Below are positions 11,796 to 24,433 of a DNA stretch of 64,000 nucleotides, one piece after another. The notes under the pieces are model-generated. The model was given only the letters and a program-made list of their open reading frames with translations. It did no database searches and was not told where the DNA came from. The stretch is taken from contig OX597815.1 in NCBI GenBank assembly GCA_951406725.2, positions 187,798,001-187,862,000 of the forward strand, read 5' to 3'. Made by a program: the position numbers and the translations under genes. Each line of letters begins with the position of its first letter. Position 1 is the first letter of the stretch. Source of the DNA: Octopus vulgaris (taxonomy: Eukaryota).

Positions 11796-13510
11796 CAGTA
11801 GTCCCTCGACTTTTGTGGGTGTTACGTTCCAAAACCCCCTGCAACAGGTGAAAATCCACAAAGTAGAAACAGTACTGTACTGTATATTTTTAAAAATTAT
11901 CTTTATAATTTGTATATACTTTATTTTGTTTTTGGATTTGGTTTGCAAAATTCTTTATGTAAGTTCATGTTTTGAAGCATATTCTGTTGTGTCTGGAGAG
12001 AGTCATTCTCTTTTACTGGCTTATAATTTAGCACACTCACCGGTACAATTTCCAGTCATTTACTTATTTATTTTCCTAAAATTTTCATTGCATCTTGCAA
12101 GCTTTTCAATAGTTGTTGACTGTATCCGTTATTCAAGCTGCACACAAACAAACAAAAAAAAAAAAAGCAGCTTGAATAACAAACAGAGTCAAAAACCATG
12201 GAAAAGGTTGCAGGATGCAATGAAAATTTTACCTAAGGCACCAAGTCAGTACTGGGGGTGGATGCTCTGAAAGTGTAGCTGCTAGAATAAGAATAGCTTG
12301 GGCAAAGTTCAGAAAGCTCCTACCTCTGCTGGTGACAAAGGGCTTCTCACTTTAAGTAGAAAATAGACCGTTATGATGCATGTGTACGAACAGCTTTGCT
12401 ACATGGCAGTAAAACATGGGCAGTGACTACTGAGGACATGCGTAAGCATGCAAGCAATGAAGCCAGTATACTCAGCTGGATGTGTAATGTCAGTGTGCAT
12501 ACACGACAGAGTTTAAGTGCCCTGAGAGAAAAATTGGATTTAAGAAGCATCAGATGTAGTGTGCAAGAGAGACGACTGCACTGGTATGGTCATGTGTTGC
12601 AATTGAATGAGGACAGCTGTGTGAAAAACTGTCACACCCTAGTAGCTGAGAGAACCTGTGGAAGAGGTAGACCCAGGAAGACCTGGGATTAGGTGGTGAA
12701 GCACAACCTTTGAACATTGGGCCTTACCAAGGAAATGGCTAGTGACTGAGACCTTTGGAGATATGCTGTGCTTGAGACTACCCAGCAAGCCAAGTGAGAC
12801 CATGACCCATGGCCTATGCCAGTGGGTGTAACCAGCCCACTTATGAGTACTCTTCATTCATTGAACTTTGCTTGTGAAGACCTATTGCGGCAAATGAAAA
12901 CAAATCAAAATCGCTGATGTGGATGACAGTGCTGCCTGATTGACATTTGTGCCAGTGGAACGTTAAAAGCACATCTGAGTGTGATCGTTGCCAGGGCCAT
13001 GGATTGGCTCCCGTGCCGGTAGCATGTGAAAAGCACCATTTGAGTGTGATCATTGCCTTACCAGCACGTGTGCCGGTGGCACATGAAAAACATTCAAGTG
13101 TGGTCATTGCCAGTGCTGCCAGACTGGCTCCCATGCAGGTAGCACCTTAAAAACACCTTTTGAGTGTGTTCATTGCCAGAACCGCCTGGCTGGCTCCTGT
13201 GCCGGTGGCACGTCAAAGCACCCACTACACTCTTGGAGTGGTTGGCATTAGGAAGGGCATCCAGCTGTAGAAACTTTGCCAGATCAAATTGAGCCTCTGG
13301 CTCACCAGTCCTCAGTCAAACTGCCCAACCCATGACAGCATGAAAAGCGGACATTAAACAATGATGATGAAATAAGTAAATGAGTGGATATTTTACTAGT
13401 GATTGTATATACTTATTTTATTATAAATGCAAAACAATGCCACAGATGAATCAACGTAAGCTTAAATAATAAACTGTGATAGCTGAACTGTGATATGGTA
13501 AGGGATATAT
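11796..13510. mobile_element. Tigger/pogo-like MITE split by a fold-back repeat and an RTE LINE fragment
   Basis: Left end TA-CAGTAGTCCCTCGAC; the right half resumes at about 13405. It is colinear with the less disrupted copy at 26760-27202. Confidence 0.7.
12240..13370 (+). pseudogene. 5'-truncated RTE LINE (RT C-terminus plus 3'UTR)
   Basis: LLHGSKTWAVTTEDMRK...RRLHWYGHVLQL...GRGRPRKTWD, then a tandem-unit 3'UTR and GAT tail. Confidence 0.9.
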
Positions 13511-16500
13511 GATGGTACCAGATTTGTTTTTAGTTATTCATATTGATACAAATAAACAACATATTTGTTGTTGATTAAGTCCAGACCAGCCCTGCTCAAA
13601 CAGATTAATAATCAATGATATCACAAGTATGCTGATCATGGGATTATTTGAGAGAAATTTGACTATTGTTTCTAGAGGCCAAGCAACCACAGAGAGGCAT
13701 CATTATTAGTTCTGTCTTAAAGACTGTTGTGTTAGCTTATCTGAAATAGCAGTTTCTGATATTTTCCGTTTTTAGTACCATTGCTCATGTAAATCATTAT
13801 TGTCCTAACATTTAGTTCTATCTGTTCTAGAATCTATACTTTCTTTTGATTTTTGATTATTAAAATGGAAATTACTCTGGAAAGAAGCAATGATTAAGAG
13901 GAATGATAAAAAGGAAAAAGAAAAAAAATAATCTCTCTGTGTTTCGAGTAATCTCCTAAATCAGAATCTTTAGGTTCCAATTATTGTCACCTGTAAAATT
14001 CTGTACCAAGAATATCATCAATTTAGCTTTTTGCTGGTTCTAAATGAAACCTATTCTGCTTGTACAGAATAGAAATTGCTAGTGCTAAGAAATTATTTAA
14101 CAATCCACATATAAAATGTATTCAGACGTTATAGCATACACAGAATTATCTATTGGTTTATGTAAAATAATTTTCGTTTTATTGCTGAACATGTATAAGC
14201 CTTGAGGAGATTCTTAATATCTTTAGAATGTTCAATATAAATGTTTGATCAATAAGTGCGGAAACGCTAAAAGGATTAAGTTTCTTTACTTTGAGATTTG
14301 AAGTGCTTGAGAAATTTGGAATAGAATGTCGTTGTTTTCTTTTCTTCAAATTATTTATGCTGCTTGTCAGAATCTATGATGAAAATAATTCTATAGAGAG
14401 TAGTGTTGCATTAACTCTACACCTATGTAGTTTAATTTAGTATTCCTTTGTAATAGTCCTCTGAAATTTGAACAAAGGATGGCAAGTGTTATCAATTACG
14501 GTATCAAAGAATCGTAACATAGTAAGAATATTACAAAGCGGGATATAAATATAGAGCAGCATATAAAAGATGTCGAAAATGAACAATAGAATATCTATAA
14601 TAATCAGTTGATTATATCAGTGTTTAAAGAAGAAACAAAATGTAATAAATTCACGGGATAATCCAAGTTTACTGATAATACTCAACAAGGCTTCTAAGTT
14701 GATGAGATTTTAATTTGATCCTTCTTCTTTTACACAAAGGAAATAACCGAGTATCTAAATTCATTTCTTAAAGTGTATAGTTTCATGTTAAAATGGCACT
14801 GCTACAAGGAATTGCTGTTAAACGTTATAAATTGTGGTATTTGGTAATGAAATAAGAACCCGGTTCAGTGTATGCAAATTTATGGATAGTGTTGAGTCAT
14901 ATTTAGTTTTATTTTGTAAAGTTAAGCTTTTTCTATTAATTGCCATGAAGTTGTACTGGTGTTTATTACTTAATTAGCAAGGCACGAGATGTCATGCAAT
15001 GGCCGTGATCAAATTAAAAATCAATAGATATCTGATTTGCATGTTTATCACTGACTCAATATAAGTGGCATCCTTAAAATATTGTTTCTCTATAATTTCT
15101 ATTACTGTACACCATACACACACACACACGTATATTCTTTTCTACTCTAGGCACAAGGCCCGAAATTTTGGGGGAAGGGGCCAGTTGATTAGATCGACTC
15201 CAGTATGCAACTGATATTTAATTTATCAACTCTGAAAGGATGAAAGGCATAGTTGACCTTGGTGGAATTTGAACTCGGAATGTAAAGCCAGACGAAAAAC
15301 CTATTTCTTTACTACCCACAAGGGGCTAAAAACACAGAGAGGACAGACAAATGGATTAAGTCGATTATATCGACCCCAGTGCATAACTGGTACTTATTTA
15401 ATCGACCCCAAAAGGATGAAAGTCAAAGTTGACCTCAGTGGAATTTGAACTCGAAACGTAGCGGCAGACGAAATACCACTAAGCATTTCACCTGGCATGC
15501 TAATGTTTCTGCCAGCTCACCACCTTCACATACACATATATTACAACAGGACATAATATTAACTCATCTTTCTAATCTTTTTAAATATCAATCCTAGCTA
15601 TTTATGTTACTTAAGGTACATACACATCCTTATATTTATTATCTAATCCTCAGCTGCAGAGTTCCAAGCTGCACTGCAAACCTTTCCCTATTGATTTGTC
15701 ATCTCATAAACAGTAATGCCCTTTACTAACTGACATTATGTTTCAGAATAGATATATTATATTTCTGATTACAGAAACCTAGCTAGAATAGTGCAAACTA
15801 CACATGCTTTAGAGTGAGAGGGCTAAATAACAGCCACTTACAAGGAAATCTTTACATACATTCAAAATTCACTTTTGAGAATAATAAAATGTTGATTGAT
15901 TTGAAAAAATTTTTAATAGGATTCTGTTCTGAGATTGAAGCACAAATGAAAATCCTCTTAATTCTAATTGGTTATCAACTATTTGAGAAGGAGTTCTCGT
16001 ATGAAAAAGTGCCTGTTTCTAAGGGAAGACAATAATGTTATCTGACATGTAGCATAAAATAATCAGCAGCCAATATCTCCTTCTTTTGAGATATAATATA
16101 GAAGGAAATAGTAATCAACTAATAAAACATTGAAAAATATAATCAATATTTTAATACAATCAGCACCAACAATCCATATAAAATTAAATCAATATTAAAA
16201 TAATCAATGCTTTAAATGAATATAAAATACAATAATTATTGAAGCCAATACAAACTTGCATTCAATACAGGAAGCCACTGTGATATCAATATAAAAATAT
16301 TATACAAGTATCTTCAATAGCAAAAATTGATAATTCATTATTAGCAATACCAAAAATCAATAAAAAAAACTTTGTTGACACAGGAATTTAATTTCATGTC
16401 ATGAAGTTGAGAGCGTTGTCATGTAAGATGGTTATTTTAATGTCAGGTATCTTTTACATAAGAGTTGAAAAAACAGATGCAAGGAAATACAAGGAAAGTG

Positions 16501-19500
16501 GTTGAACTGTTAAAACAATAGCTAAGTTAGTGTTGACTTATTTAAGATAGCAAACGTTAAAAATCTAACTAAAAATGATGATGCAGGATGTAAAAAATGC
16601 TAGTATTAATTAATGATTAATATTATTTTCAGTTTTTTTTGGTAACAAGAGAAAACTCTGGATATGCATTGCTTCTTTGGAATGGCACCATGATAATAAA
16701 ATTCAGAATGAATTAATAGAGATCAGAAGACATGTTCTCAAAGACTTTCAATGATGGACTTTTATATTTATGAATATGAATTTAAATTATGCTTGAAAGC
16801 ATTAAGTAGAAATTAAAGTATCACTTATTAAAAATTTATTGTTCATTTTGAGATTAATGACAGCTTGTCAGAATTGAAATATTTACAAAGTATTCTGTAA
16901 AGTAGATTTTCTTTTCTTATTTAGATTTGCAATTCTTGGTTATAATTTTGTTTGAAAACAGAAGACCAGTAACTCAATACAGTTTTTAATTTTTTTTTCA
17001 TCATGGCATGAAGTTCTTTCGGTGTAGTAGAACAGAAATTGCTAAATATTCTTGGCCAATTATGATAATAGTTTAGCTGTAGAGTACTGTGTAGAATGTT
17101 GCATCTGGAAAGTTAACAACAGTTCTGAATCCACATGTTGCAATAATTAACATAACTTTTTCATTTCTCTGAAGAGGACAAAATAAACTCATTGGTATGT
17201 GCTGAGTTAGTCTCTAGATTCATAGTATCTGCTAACTAACTGCTTCTGCAAATACTTTGGCGTTAGATGATTCTTTGAATCACTTAAATAATTAAGATAG
17301 GTGTCTAAGATTTCAGCACTCAAGAATTTTCAATAAATTTTATGTATATTTGCATCAAAGAGAAGCATTGTCTTCAACAATTAAGTGTACTATAGCAATT
17401 AGATGCATTAATTTTATGTTTGTGGATAGTGATTTCTTTGAGTTTCATTTACACATTCTTTCAGATTCTGCTATTCTCTTCAGCCCTCTCATTGTCATTA
17501 ATGGCTTTCCATGTGTCAGTTCTAATCCAATTCATCATTTGTTAATGATTCAACCATCCAATTATTCACTTCTCCTTTTTTTTCTCTCTTATTCTTTCTT
17601 TTTTTTTTTTTGGTTTGCATCAGCTTATCTAGAAAATGTTTAATAATTATTAAATACAAAAAATTACTTAACATTTTAAAACTGATTACATCAACTTACT
17701 CTAACTAAGTTAAATATCTTCTTCACATAATAACATTAAGATTAATCACTTTATCAAAGCTGAGGATCAGCAGGGGCTTGATTAGACAGATACCGTACTA
17801 CATTATGGTCATAAAATATTTGATTATGTGAGAATTTACTAAAGGAATGGCAACTTCAGAACACTGTTCGTACTTTTAATGTAAATAATTAAAGATTTTA
17901 AAATTCTCTTTCTAATTATTGTCACAATGTGTTGGTACACTAGTAAAAAAAATTTCATTGTTATAATAATCATAAAAATTTTTCTCAACAAATTCACTTA
18001 AAGGGAAATTTGTCTAAATTTGATACACAACATATACCGAAACAGCATAAACATTACAGATATATTAATCTTTATTGAATATTCTCCATTTTTATAGTAT
18101 TAAAGGAATGACATTTAAGTTTAAAATAAATTTTAATGCTAAATCTACTCATTTAGATCCTACTTTGAGATATCATTCTCCAAAAATATAAGACTTTTGA
18201 AGAATTGATAAGGTTAGGAAATATTTCCTGAAAATAATCTCTAAACAGATATGTTTTTGTTTTCAGTTCCTCATTTCTCCAACTCCATCGCTCCCCTTTA
18301 AATTCTCCTCATGAGAAATTATTAATATTTTCAAAGAGTGGTTTTATACTGAGTTAGTAAACTCCAAAATTAAATAGCGAAAATAACAAACAACATAATG
18401 ATATGCCTTGAAAATTAAATATTGCTAAAAATAATTGGAGGACATGTAAATTTAATCAATTTTCTCAGAATTATAATGAATAGATGATACTCAATCTTTT
18501 ATAAAGTCAAATATAAAATAAAAAAAAAAACAAGACAAGTTATTGCAGATATATTGATCTAGAGATTTTAAATTATGCAGCAAATTCAGTAGAAAATAGC
18601 AGCATTAATGTTTGTTACATCATCATCACCATCGTCATCGTTCTTATCAGCATCACCATCGCCAATAGGAAAGAAGAGTGTTGTGCAAACAATGACGTTA
18701 ATCATTTTAAATCAAATTCAAACACAAAGTCACTAATCTGAAGATATACCAGCAAAATAGAATAAACTCAAAATTTTTTTTCAGTAATCCAGTTTCAATA
18801 AAGATTGGATAATAATTGTTTGCAATAATGAATTCAAAAAATTTGGAATAATCTAGGGGAGATCTTTAATCAGACATGATGATGGACTTTCCCTTTTTTT
18901 AAAAAAAAACAACTTTTATTGTGGAGATAAAGCATTACACATGACCTCTAGCATTGGTAGGGGTGGATGAAGGTTTCCTCAAACTCGATACCCAACCCAA
19001 AAGCATTCTAGGTTCTACTGAAGGCATTCTAGGTTCCAGGTGGTAGGGTTAAACCTAGCAATGGATTAAGTCTACCCTGCTTCCCATTGTAGGCCACAGT
19101 AGGATCTGAACCCAGAATGCAGAGAGTTAGAACAATTGCTGCATTGTACCTACCATGCAGGACCATCTTAGCAGCATTATCAACCCCTGGCAAATCAATG
19201 CACTGGATCCTACATCATCATCCTTTAACATCCGTTTTCCATGCTGGCATGGGTTTGATGGTTTGACCACTGCACCAGGTTCCAGTTTGATTTGGTTTCT
19301 ACAGCTGGATGCCCTTCCTAACATCAACCACTTTACAGAGTATGTTGGGTGCTTTCATGTGGCCCTGCATGGGCACTTTTACATGGTGCCACACAGGTGC
19401 ATTTACATGGCACCACTACACCAGGCGCTTTTTTGTGGAACCACATGGGCACTTTTACGTGACACCACCAAAAGGACCTGTCTTAACACTTCTTCTGCAG

Positions 19501-20744
19501 AGTACGAGTCTTCTTAAGTACAGCAAGATGCCAGGCATCTTAGTTCTTTGTCATCTTGCCTGAAAGCTTCAGCATCCTGAGGTTGTTCTTTAGTACTTCA
19601 TCCCATGTTTCCCACTTCCAGCAAGCCACTACATGCATAGACCATAGTTAGGCCCCAGACAAGAGCCCAGTATTTCCATGCATTAAGATGGCACTGCTTA
19701 TCTAATATTCTTACAATTCTACTAATCCACCACCCCAAATGAGTAAAAGGTAAAGTTGACCTTGGTGAGACTTGAACTCTGACTGCTAAGTTGAAGCGGA
19801 CACTATGAACTCCTCTGTCTGATATTCTTATAACTCTGCCAATTTTTCACCTTACCATGTATTCTGTTAGTTAAAAACTTTTGCTCAGCATTTCCCATTA
19901 TTGTCTTTTAAAGTCAATAAGTGTCAAGGGCTACTATTCCTCACAGTGGTTACTGAGATTTGTACCTTCATCTGCCTTTAAAGCATAACCAGCTCCAGGA
20001 AGATTTGTCTGAGATTTTTGACTGGAATTTCATTACTTGGAGAAACCTGCCAGGCACCAGTGTCACTTCACTCAATCAGTGAAAGGGCATGATTTAGTGA
20101 TCAGAACATTCGGTCGAAAATTTGATTCCCGGTAGCACATTGTGTCCCTTTAGCAAGATACTTTATTTCATGTCATTTCAGTCCACTCAAGCAAAAAATG
20201 GGTTGTACCTGTATTTCAAAGCTGCCGGCCTAGTCACATTCCAAGTTGTACTGAATCTCCCTAAGAACTATGTTAAGGGTATGCATGTCTGTGGAGTGCT
20301 CAACCACTTGCATGTTAATTTCATGAGCAGGCTGTTCCACTGATCGGATCAGCTGGAGCCTTCAGTGTTGTAACTGGCAGACGGCTGGTTGATTGAATCA
20401 ATCCCAGCATTTAACTGGCACTTTATTTAATTGCCCTTTTCTCACACTATATATACACACACACATATATGTATATTTATATATATATATATATATAAAG
20501 GGGTTTGTATGATTGTGTATAGAGGGATATATATTATTCAAAGAAATTTCAACTCTGTCTATTTTTCATGTTTCATTTATATTCTTTATAATATTAAGGT
20601 AGATAATAGAATATATAGTAAAATGAAATGAAGTATTGATTGTCTTATTGAATAGATGAAATATTGAATATCAAATATTAAGGGACTAGTATACTTTCTT
20701 GCATTAAAGCAGTCTTCAAGGTCCCAGGTTGTGACAGGAGTATA

Positions 20745-20783
<39 letters not shown>

Positions 20784-20923
20784 CAAGGAAAAATTATAAA
20801 AAGGCAGAATGCTAAATTGAAGAGCATTCTGCCTTTTTATAATTTTTCCTTGCCTATCATTTCTCCACATGCGGTCAACCCAACCCAACCATTTATTGAT
20901 TTATATATATACATATATATATA

Positions 20924-21460
20924 CAGGGTGGCCCAAAAGTAGGTTTACAGTCAGTTATTTAACTATCTCTTTCGCATTCATATATCAACAGTTTAGAACT
21001 GTTTTTTTACTAAGATGGAGCACCTTCACATTATGCATTGACAGTAAGAGCCTACCTTAACCAAGCTTTTCCACAGCATTAGTTTGGGAGATGGGCCACC
21101 ATGTTCACTTGACTTGACACCAATGGATTTTCTTATTTTGGGGTGTCATGAAGAACAAGGTTTATAAGAAGAATCTCAAAACAGTAAATGAATTAAAAGA
21201 TTACATTTCTGATGCATTCAATGAAATTGATGGAGATAGGAAGTTGTGCCGCACTGTGTGTCAGAGTGTTCTCAAGAGGTTTGAAGAATGTTGCAATGTT
21301 GAAGGAGGACATTTTGAGCATCTGAGAGATTAAACATTGTCTGTTTAAGATGTTTATAAACAATATGATTGTAAGATAGAAGTTTAAATGTAATAAAAAG
21401 TTTTGAAAAGAATTTAAAGTGCCTACGTGATAACTATAAATCTACTTTTCGACCACCCTG
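20924..21460 (+). mobile_element. Internally deleted Tc1/mariner element with a DD41D-type C-terminus
   Basis: TIRs TA-CAGGGTGGCCCAAAAGTAG / CTACTTTTCGACCACCCTG. Remnant reads DGAPSHYALTVRAYLNQAFP...PPCSLDLTPMDF...WGVMKNKVY...EGGHFEHL. Confidence 0.85.
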
Positions 21461-21466
21461 CATATA

Positions 21467-21860
21467 TCTATTATATAAAATCCATTCTGCCTGTCTGGGT
21501 TTTGTGTCTTCTAGGATCTCTGGCATCCTCCATCCGATTGCGCTCAAATTTGATATGTAGATACCAACGGTATCAGGGTGTGTATAAGTCTTGAAAAAAT
21601 TACAAAAATCAATACCAGGTGAGAATGCGATCGATAAAGTCATGGGAACGTGCATTTGTAAAATTGTTTTTCTTCGACTAGAAAAAAAAAAGTCTATCTT
21701 TATTCTTTCTTTTGCTGGTGTCTCAAATTTAGGTTAAATCAATGTTTCTGAAAGAGGAGGCCTATGGGATGGTCGGACAAGTTGTTTTGAGAAAATTTGG
21801 TTTAAATGTTTGACAACTCAGCACCGTCCATTGGACGAGGGGGGGGGGGCGTTTTGCTCA
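21467..21860 (+). mobile_element. Helitron-like non-autonomous element, partial
   Basis: A|TCTATTATATAAAA 5' end followed by CTGTCTG and CCGATTGCGCTCAAATTTG; the 3' CTAG end is not clear. Confidence 0.45.
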
Positions 21861-24398
21861 TATATATATATATATATACATACATAACTAGCTATAATAG
21901 AAACATAATATCAATCTGTATCTTTTTGTTCAATGTCATTGAAATTTTAGATTTATATTGAGTGACTTTAAGCAATCGTTAAATTTGTTTTGATTGAATT
22001 TGTGTGTGTGTGTGTATGTTTATAGCAGGGTTGAAGTTCATATTTATGTGTTGGATTCAACTTTGGTTGCAAAAAAGAAAAGCAAACAAACCAAAAAAAA
22101 AAAAAAAACCCCAAAACATTGTGTTGTGTGAAAAACTATAACTTAATGATTCAACAAATAGATATTGATAAAAATAGGTACAAGACTGAAATAAGTATCA
22201 GGATCAATGGGATCAATCATAAAGGTGGTGCTCCAGCCTGGCCATTGTTCAATGACTAAAATCAAGAGAAAGAAAGAAAAAGAAATCCATACACTTATTT
22301 GTATGAGTATTTCTATGTTGCTGTTTAGCCTCAGTTCACCACTGATCGAAGTTGTTCCAACCACGACCATCCTCCCTTTTTTCAGACATATCTTATCTAG
22401 GACCACATTATCTGATCATTCCATTTTTAAAATGATAGGCTGTAATTTTCAGAAGATTTACTTGCTATTTCTTGCAGTTTGAGCTACTGCATGAAAGCTC
22501 TCTCTCTCACTGGCTTGTTTGGTTTAAGCATGAGTTTATGCAACTAACATAAAGAAAATTATATTAAACTTTTGATATTTGCCTAATAGGTTTCAATAAA
22601 AATGTTTTGTGAGTTTCAGTAAAGCTAGTCTCCAAATAAATACCATTAAAAACTTCTAATTGGTTCTATTTTACTCTCTGAAACAGTATCAATGGCTACC
22701 TAATTTCCTACTTTCATTCCAGTCCATTAGTGTTTCATAAAATTTGTCTCTTTTTCATTATTATTTCTTTTTCTATAACATAAACAGGCTGCCGTAGTCT
22801 TTTGTGTTTAATGCTTAGTTATTTGAAGATAGATGAGACTGCCGAGCACTGCCACAAAGGAAAAAAGGTCATACAATTTAAACTTTCAAAATAAAATCTT
22901 TAAACACAGAATAGAGATCCTCTTCTTAATACAACGGTTTCCCTATACTGTTTTAACAGTATGCTTTATAAACACTAATATGAACAGGAAACTAAATCTA
23001 AAAATTTTGGCTTACTATCAGATCTCTAATAATTGCATTAACTACAATGTATGTTGTTACTATCAGAGTGGGTGTTAGTTTACTTAAGCATGTTTAAAAA
23101 CTCATTTAACTTTCATTATTTGCGTCGAGAAAAATTCTGCATAAAAGAAATTTTATATGGTTTTATATGCCTAAATTAAAACAAAATATCAGAAAACTAA
23201 TCTTTGAAAATATTAGGTTTTTGTTTTTTTTTTGTTTTTCGTTTAACCATTAACCAATATCAAATGATTTCAGAATTTTTAAAATAATAGAAGCTGATCA
23301 GTTTTAAGTAGGGACACATTTTTCAAAAAATTTAATGTTCTAAGAGTGCATGATTTTTAAATTTGAACAGGAATAGTATTCTTATGTAGAGAAACAAACT
23401 CTGGGTCGTAGATATTTTCGAATGCAAATTAATCATGGGCCAATTTCTGTAGATCCATGACATTCTAGATTTGGATATACTGAGATAATTTCCTGATTTC
23501 GTTTATGGGTGGGTGAGTGGAGTGTATAGGGAGGTGGTAGCTGTATTGGGAGATTTAGTATCAACATTGTTAACTAATGAAACAACGCTTCCAGCTCTGA
23601 GCTGTATTATTACATGAAAGTAAAAAGATCGAGTCAATAAGTTAAGTGTTTTTATTCAAGACGGTAGGTCATCCTCCTGACAAATCAATCAGCTGTGATT
23701 CCAAACTTTAATACATTAAAGAATGGTAAAGCCAAAATTATTGTCACAGTCCCCTAATTAAATCAGCCGACAATCACTTCCCACATTCTCTACAGAAAAA
23801 TCATCAAAGTGGATGCTTGTTATTTTATTTTGAGACGAAGGGACATAAAAATAGCATCTCTTATGTAAAGCTATTATTCTAGTCTAGAAAATGATTTTTG
23901 CTTCCTAGTTATTTCCCTGTTTCATTTCCTAAACTACTGATGTTGGAATGTGCTATCAGTAGCAATTTCCATTGGAAATGTCATCTACTCAGTATGGTTA
24001 AGACTTAAGAACCATCCCAAAACAACTTTGATCTAAATAATTATTGACAAATGTTCACTTCTGTAAAGAGTACTTTACTGACACTGGGAGCAATCTGTTT
24101 CTTTCTCTTATTAATAACATTTAGAAGAAGAACATTCGACTGAATGGTAAACATTTCCACATAATTTTTTTTGGCTAACTAACTTTTCTCTTCAACTGCT
24201 GCTTTTTTTTTACTGAATATGTTGACTGCACCCACCTCACCACATTTCAGATATTTTCTTTTGACCCAGCTCTTAGGACTTATATATATACATACACAAA
24301 TGTATACGTATATGTATGTATGGATATACATACACACACATGTATATATATATATATATACACACACATATACATGTGTATGTTTGTGTGTATGTATG

Positions 24399-24433
<35 letters not shown>

